Positions 58,994-64,000 of a stretch of DNA of 64,000 nucleotides are shown piece after piece (positions within the stretch are counted from its first letter, which is position 1; every line of letters starts with the position of its first letter). The stretch comes from an uncultured Gemmatimonadales bacterium (GTDB taxonomy: Bacteria > Gemmatimonadota > Gemmatimonadetes > Longimicrobiales > Longimicrobiaceae): positions 4,864,001 to 4,928,000 of the forward strand of contig OY970303.1 in NCBI GenBank assembly GCA_963716255.1. Direction: 5' to 3'. Under the pieces are notes generated by a model. The model had not been told where the DNA came from and made no database searches. It saw nothing but the letters and a program-made list of their open reading frames with translations. Made by a program: the position numbers and the translations under genes.

Positions 58994-59344
58994 CTATCCA
59001 TTGATTGTGATAGGATTTCCTTCGAGCCATTCGATGTGAATGTAGAAATTCGCATCGACAGGTGCGAGCACTCTAATTGTCAAAGTGCCTGGTGAGAAAT
59101 CACCGCCGCCTCCGGAAAGCGGACCTCCCTTAAAGCCGGCCTGGCATGACATGTCTGAATGATAATCTCCACGGATCTCAAATCGGATCGTACCGTGCGT
59201 CACGTGGGTGTATATTTTCCGGCATTTTTTGACTTTGCCGAAATTGAAGGCCTTACCAGCCTTGAGCGACAGGTTTGCCTTATATCGCTTTCTCGACTCA
59301 CCGGCCTCTTGAAACTCCTCAATGTCGGCGCTATTGAGATCCAT
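58994..59344 (-). CDS. Low-GC hypothetical protein (116 aa)
   Basis: GAGAGGA RBS and clean ORF in AT-richer DNA; no recognised family. Confidence 0.6.
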   Translation of the reverse strand: MDLNSADIEEFQEAGESRKRYKANLSLKAGKAFNFGKVKKCRKIYTHVTHGTIRFEIRGDYHSDMSCQAGFKGGPLSGGGGDFSPGTLTIRVLAPVDANFYIHIEWLEGNPITING

Positions 59345-59469
59345 TGATATCCTCTCTTGCTGAGATGATTGCGTGAAGGGCAATGCCACAATGCCCTATG
59401 GGGACGGACTATGCAAATAGTACAGTTGATGACCAAAAAAGTCGAGCTCCTAGTTGTGCCGGGCCTAAA

Positions 59470-60335
59470 AGAGCGTGTTATGAACCTGATCGGGGTCCGG
59501 GTTGTATTGGCCTAAATGAGCCAACGCAAACCATATCCGAGTGATGTGCGCGACGAGGAGTGGGCCTTCGTCGCCCCTTATCTGACCCTGCTGCCCGTCA
59601 CCGCCAAGCAGCGCAAGCACAGTCTGCGCGAGGTCTTCAACGGCCTGCGCTGGATCGTCAAGACGGGTTCGCCCTGGCGCTACATGCCCCACGATCTGCC
59701 GCCGCATGCGGCCGTCTTCCAGCAGACGCAACGCTGGATCCAGAGCGGCGCCTTCGCGGCGATCACGCACGACCTGTGCAGCCTCCTGCGCTTGCTAGAG
59801 GGCCGCACAGAGCAGCCCTCGGCCGCGGTCTTCGACAGTCGCACCTTGCGCTCTACGCCCGAGAGCGGGGCCCGAGCCGGTCTGGACCCGTACAAGAAGA
59901 TGCGCGGCTCCAAAGTGCACATGGCCGTCGATACGCTGGGCCATCTGCTCGCCGCGGTCGTCACCCCAGCCAGTACGCAGGACCGCGATGCCGTGGCGCG
60001 ACTCGCGCACGCTGTGCAGGAAGCCACGCAGGAGACGGTCGAAGTCGCCTTCGTCGACGGCGTCTACAAGGGCCCGGTGGCCCATGATGCAGCTCAGGCC
60101 GAAGAGGGATCCGTCTGGAAGTCGTCACGCTCCCAGAGGGGCAGCGAGGCTTCGTTCTTCTGCCCCGGCGTTGGGTGGTCGAACGCAGCTTCGCCTGGAT
60201 GAGCCGCTTTCGCAGGCTGGCCCGGGACTACGAGCGATTGCCCGAGACGCTGGAGGCGATCCACTTCATCGCCTTCGTCTGCGTGATGCTCAGCCGCGCC
60301 TACTCCTTGCTGGAGATAGGTTCATAACACGCTCT
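59470..60335 (+). mobile_element. IS5-family insertion sequence
   Basis: Perfect 18-bp terminal inverted repeats AGAGCGTGTTATGAACCT (59470-59487) and AGGTTCATAACACGCTCT (60318-60335). Confidence 0.92.
59516..60327 (+). pseudogene. IS5-family transposase, frameshifted near 60107
   Basis: YPSDVRDEEW, TGSPWRYMPHDLP, KVHMAVDTLG. The C-terminus [23 protein letters not shown] is in another frame. Confidence 0.88.
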
Positions 60336-60535
60336 AATACATGTGCCGGCTGTCAAGCTGAACCGCTCGTTCAGCTTCTGCGGTTGCCAGGAAATCGGTG
60401 AGGGGCATTATTCGATCCTCCCAGTCCTGATGTCCGAGGACGAAGCCGAGGCGGTAGGCGCTCTAGCCCTGCGCCCCCCCCCATGTTCAGCCTATTCGTG
60501 CCCTGCAGACCGCCCATGCAGAGTTCTGGACACGC

Positions 60536-60559
60536 CTTCACCAGAAGTGCGGAAGAACC
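60536..60559 (+). mobile_element. Second isolated ISL3-type terminal sequence
   Basis: CTTCACCAGAAGTGCGGAAGAACC, 23/24 identical to 58762-58785. Confidence 0.65.
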
Positions 60560-60838
60560 CAAGATACGTGTCGTCCAACAAGATCGTGTTGGACGGCATG
60601 AGTTCTATCGCTCGTGCGACACGGAAGATGTCGCACTTTCGCAATCCTGCGACACGCAATTTGTCGCAGTGTGTTTCGCAAGTCCGGCCTGGGATGACTC
60701 TCAGTAAACAGGCGATGAAGGTTCCGGCAATCTTGAGGGCGGTTCAATAAGTGAAGTACTAGCGGCCGGGAAGGCGTTACCGTTAAAGACGGGGGATCCC
60801 CGGAGGCAGCTATTCGATTACGGTTTTGTGGCGATTCA

Positions 60839-61381
60839 CTAAGTCGTTGACGGCCGCCTAAGCCACCTGGTAACTGTACTTCGTGATCGAGAACACTTGG
60901 TTGAATGGTCGGCATCAGCGTTGTTTCGCGGCACCATTGATGGAAGCACCAGCGGCACAAACCGGCTGCTGTAGACCACGTAATGGCTGTCTGTACCAAT
61001 ATTCTTCTGAGGTACCGTGGCCAAATGTTCCATGTAGACGATCACGCGTTCGACAAACGGTTCCATCTGAGCCATCTCCTCATCCGCCCCCAGCCCACTG
61101 TCGCGGAACGCTAGGCCGAGCGCGACCGTGTACCTCCGCATCATCTCCTCAACTCTGATCCTGCCCGCGAACCTCTTCAGGAGGAGCATGTAAAAAACAG
61201 CCGCATTGGACGCTGGGTGCTCTTCTCTCACCCGGCGGAGATCGTCTTCGTGAAGAATCCCCGAACCGGTGATCCCTAACAGATTCAGTTCGAGATTTAT
61301 TCTGTAGATAGCCACGCCTGCCAAAAGGCGCAGGAGCGCGTCAATCGTAAGCTTCTTCTTGAAAAAGTAGACTTGGGAGTC
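60839..61381 (-). other. Low-GC open frame without a clear start (possible degraded gene)
   Basis: Protein-like reading (VYFFKKKLTIDALLRLLAGVAIYRINLE...) with no ATG/RBS at its 5' end. Confidence 0.35.
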
Positions 61382-61624
61382 TTATGTGCGGGGGGTCTGG
61401 TGGGGGCGGCGATTCCCGTCATACTACACCTCGACTTGGTCACGGCAAAGTCTCCCATCCCCGGTGGATTGCCTGGCCATGTGCTTCTCCCGGCCAGCAG
61501 GAGCCCGGCAGTGGGGTCACCGCAAGTCCAAGCGCAACCTGCAGATCGCGGTGAGTGATCCGCTTGTTCGAAAGCGGCAGGGCTGTGAGGTTGCGTCCCG
61601 CGAGGCGCGGAAGGCGAGCGCGAC

Positions 61625-63343
61625 CTACTGGTGCCGGGTCGAACGCCCGCCGTTGGCGTAGCGCTCCATGAAGCGGCGCTCGCTCGCCGTCGTACCGATC
61701 AGGATCAGCTCGGCACCGGGGCCGCCCGGGATGGGCATGTCCGCGGGGGGATTCACCACTCTGCGCCCGTCCTCCTCGATCGCGATGACGCTGCACCCGG
61801 TCTCGTCGCGGATGGAGGTCCCGCCCAGCGAGCGCCCGACCAGGTCGGCCGGAACCGGCGTCCGGAAGATGTCCAGGCCCTCCGCCAGCATCACCACGTC
61901 GCCCTTCTCCAGCACGTTGTAGATCGCGTTCGCCCCCATCGAGGCGTACGACAGCACGAAGTCCGCGCCGGCCAGGTGAAGGGTCGAGACGTTCCGCTCC
62001 AGGGTGGAACGGCTGATGATCTGGATGTCCGGACGCAGACGGCGGCAGTACACCGTCAGGTACATGTTCGTGGCGTCGTCGTTGGTGGTGACGATGACGG
62101 TCCCCGCCTCCTCGATCCCCGCCCGCTCCAGGCAGTCCCGATCCGCGGCGGACCCGTGGACGTAGGTGGCCGGATCCCGGATCAGTTCCTTCCTCTGTTC
62201 CAGGATCCGGTACGGGATCTCCCGCTCGGCAAGGCCACGGGCCGCCGCACGGCCGACCCGCCCGCCCCCGATCACGAGTGCCGGGGCGTCGGAGGCGCTG
62301 TAGATCACCATCAACTCGGCGAAGCGTCCCAGCTGCTCTTCCGTTCCGGCGAGCACGAGCACCGTGTTCGCCCGGATCGGCGTCTCCGGCAGGGGAACCT
62401 CGAAGCTGCCGCGCTCCCAGACTCCGACCACCGTCATGCCCGTGACCTCGCGGAGCCGGCTCTGCGCGATCGTCCGGCCGATCAGCGGGGTGCCGGTCGC
62501 GGGGGCCTCCGCGATCACCAGGTCCCCGAAGCGGCCGATGACGTTCGCGCGCACGTCCCCGCCCAGGGTACGCCGGGCGAGCGCCCGGCCCAGCATCTCC
62601 GGGAGGTGAAGCACCTGCGTGGCCCCCGCGAGCGCCAGGATGTCCACGGAGTCCTTGGCGCGCGCGATGGCGACGACCGGCACGCGCGCATTCAGCTCGC
62701 GGACCGTGAACGCGATGTTCGTGTTCAGGTAGTCGTCGCCGGTCAGGACGACCAGGGCGGCGTCCTCGACGTGCAGGTCCCGATAGCTCTCGATCTTGTC
62801 CCGGTCCCCCACGACCACGGAAACACCCTCGTCGTGCATCTCGAGCGCGCGGGTCAGGTCCGGCTCCAGGACGAAGTGGCGGCGCCCATGGTAGCGGAGC
62901 CGCTGGACCAGGGAGAGCGCGACGGGATCGAAGTGGGTGAGAATGACGTGTCCCCGAGTCCCTTCGGGGACCTGCCGCGGCGCCCGCATGCGCGACTGCG
63001 CCTCCAGCCAGGGAGCGTAGAAGAACTGGATGAAGGTGAAGGGGAGGACCACGAGCAGGAAGACGACGCCCGACACCAGGACCAGCATGGAGAAGGCGCG
63101 CCCCGCGTCGCTCTGGAAGGTGATGTCCCCGAAACCCAGGGTGGACATCACGGTGAGCGTCCAGTACAGGCCGGTGATCCACGAGTGCTGCTGCCCCTCC
63201 GCCGCCATCAGGAAGTGGAAGGTGATGCTGTAGACCAGCATCATCACGCCGAGGAACACCAGGAAGCGCCCGAGCGAGTGCAGGTTGCGCCGGGTGGGGC
63301 GGCTCTGGAGAAGGTAGGCGAGCTGCGCGGGGATGAACTTCAT
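61625..63343 (-). CDS. Potassium channel protein with two TrkA_N/TrkA_C (RCK) modules
   Basis: Pore motif TVMSTLGFGDI; IGGGRVG Rossmann motif; GGGAGG RBS. Confidence 0.93.
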   Translation of the reverse strand: MKFIPAQLAYLLQSRPTRRNLHSLGRFLVFLGVMMLVYSITFHFLMAAEGQQHSWITGLYWTLTVMSTLGFGDITFQSDAGRAFSMLVLVSGVVFLLVVLPFTFIQFFYAPWLEAQSRMRAPRQVPEGTRGHVILTHFDPVALSLVQRLRYHGRRHFVLEPDLTRALEMHDEGVSVVVGDRDKIESYRDLHVEDAALVVLTGDDYLNTNIAFTVRELNARVPVVAIARAKDSVDILALAGATQVLHLPEMLGRALARRTLGGDVRANVIGRFGDLVIAEAPATGTPLIGRTIAQSRLREVTGMTVVGVWERGSFEVPLPETPIRANTVLVLAGTEEQLGRFAELMVIYSASDAPALVIGGGRVGRAAARGLAEREIPYRILEQRKELIRDPATYVHGSAADRDCLERAGIEEAGTVIVTTNDDATNMYLTVYCRRLRPDIQIISRSTLERNVSTLHLAGADFVLSYASMGANAIYNVLEKGDVVMLAEGLDIFRTPVPADLVGRSLGGTSIRDETGCSVIAIEEDGRRVVNPPADMPIPGGPGAELILIGTTASERRFMERYANGGRSTRHQ

Positions 63344-63634
63344 CGGCTCACCTCCCGCCCTGCGTCCCGGAGGCGGGCACAGCGGTCCCGGTCGCGGGGC
63401 GGAGGAACGGTCCCGGCCCCGGTTTTCCCGGGAACCCGGTGTGGAAACGAACCCTGCCGGGGTCCATTCGGTGCCTCCCACGAGGATTTCTTCTACGCCG
63501 CATCATCGGGTGCAGGTGTGCAGGCACGATTCGCAGGGGAGAGCGCGACGGAGGGCGGAGGATGTCCGGCTCCCACGCCGGACGGACTGCAATGCCCGCA
63601 CCGATAGCGTGCACACTCGGCGGGAGGTTCGTGC

Positions 63635-64000
63635 TCACCCACGGACCAGCTCCCCTTCTGCGGGCGGAAGCAGCGCACGCAGGACCCCACTGCAAACTTC
63701 TGACGACCGGCTCCCCACGTCCTGCGATGCCAGCCGAAGCGCCGGCAGTGCGGCGACAGCCGACCGTGCAGCCGTGGCGACGCTCGCGGCATGCTCGTGG
63801 TGGCCGAGCCAGGCGGAGTGGAAACCGAGCTGCGCCAGGTGGTAGACCGCGTAGAACCCGTAGACCACCGGGTCCACCGCCTCCTCGTAGCCTTCCCGGA
63901 CCCATTCGAGCCAGGGTCCCCCGGCAGGCATTCCGAACAGGTCCGTGTGCATCACAGCCAGCCTCGCCAGGTCGCTTTCCCTCGGCCCCGCGTGGGCGCA
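63635..64000 (-). CDS. C-terminal part of a probable aminoglycoside-phosphotransferase/kinase-like protein (5' end outside window)
   Basis: Frame is open to the window edge with AHAGPRESDLARL, resembling the post-DxE segment of APH-like proteins. Confidence 0.45.
   Translation of the reverse strand, partial: CAHAGPRESDLARLAVMHTDLFGMPAGGPWLEWVREGYEEAVDPVVYGFYAVYHLAQLGFHSAWLGHHEHAASVATAARSAVAALPALRLASQDVGSRSSEVCSGVLRALLPPAEGELVRG

Noticed and set aside
60090..60120. Programmed frameshift in the IS5 transposase
   Set aside because: No obvious A-rich slippery site at GAAGAGGGATCC; a 1-nt deletion (or sequencing error) is simpler.
63345..63560. Possible c-di-AMP (ydaO) riboswitch upstream of the K+ channel
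   Set aside because: GC-rich stems are present but I could not find the conserved ydaO sequence blocks; a cmscan would be needed.

Overview
GC-rich bacterial window. It is possibly Gemmatimonadota (Longimicrobium-like), but that is an inference from composition and gene content. No rRNA, tRNA or CRISPR array was seen. In order: (1) 1-4 kb, the end of a phage-tail / extracellular contractile injection system (eCIS)-like locus with a large modular tail fibre. (2) A flavin reductase and a secreted six-cysteine defensin-like (CS-alpha-beta motif) peptide. (3) 5.3-12 kb, a CsoR-controlled copper operon (copZ, cupredoxin, copA, csoR) extended by three uncharacterised envelope genes. (4) BtpA, an ECF42-type sigma factor with two tandem YciI/DGPF genes, and an MFS transporter. 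(5) 17-25.4 kb, a lower-GC, largely translationally coupled six-gene operon: ATPase-wHTH, SIS-HAD fusion, PRTase-like, ORC/CDC6-like ATPase, putative CARF-like protein, PfkB kinase. This is the best candidate for an uncharacterised nucleotide/sugar-phosphate-based defence system. (6) 26-63.3 kb, a large ion/osmotic/stress homeostasis region: NhaA, DedA, K+ channels, two MscS, two USPs, Ca/Na antiporter, CPA2-EIIA fusion, ClC, DAACS symporter, two-component proteins, SLT/Pal. It contains a shared conserved leader upstream of two cation antiporters, a palindromic operator present three times near a MarR gene, decayed partial gene duplicates, and a small low-GC insert with ISL3 remnants and a frameshifted IS5. 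Start codons were chosen by eye, and family assignments come from motif recognition, not database searches.
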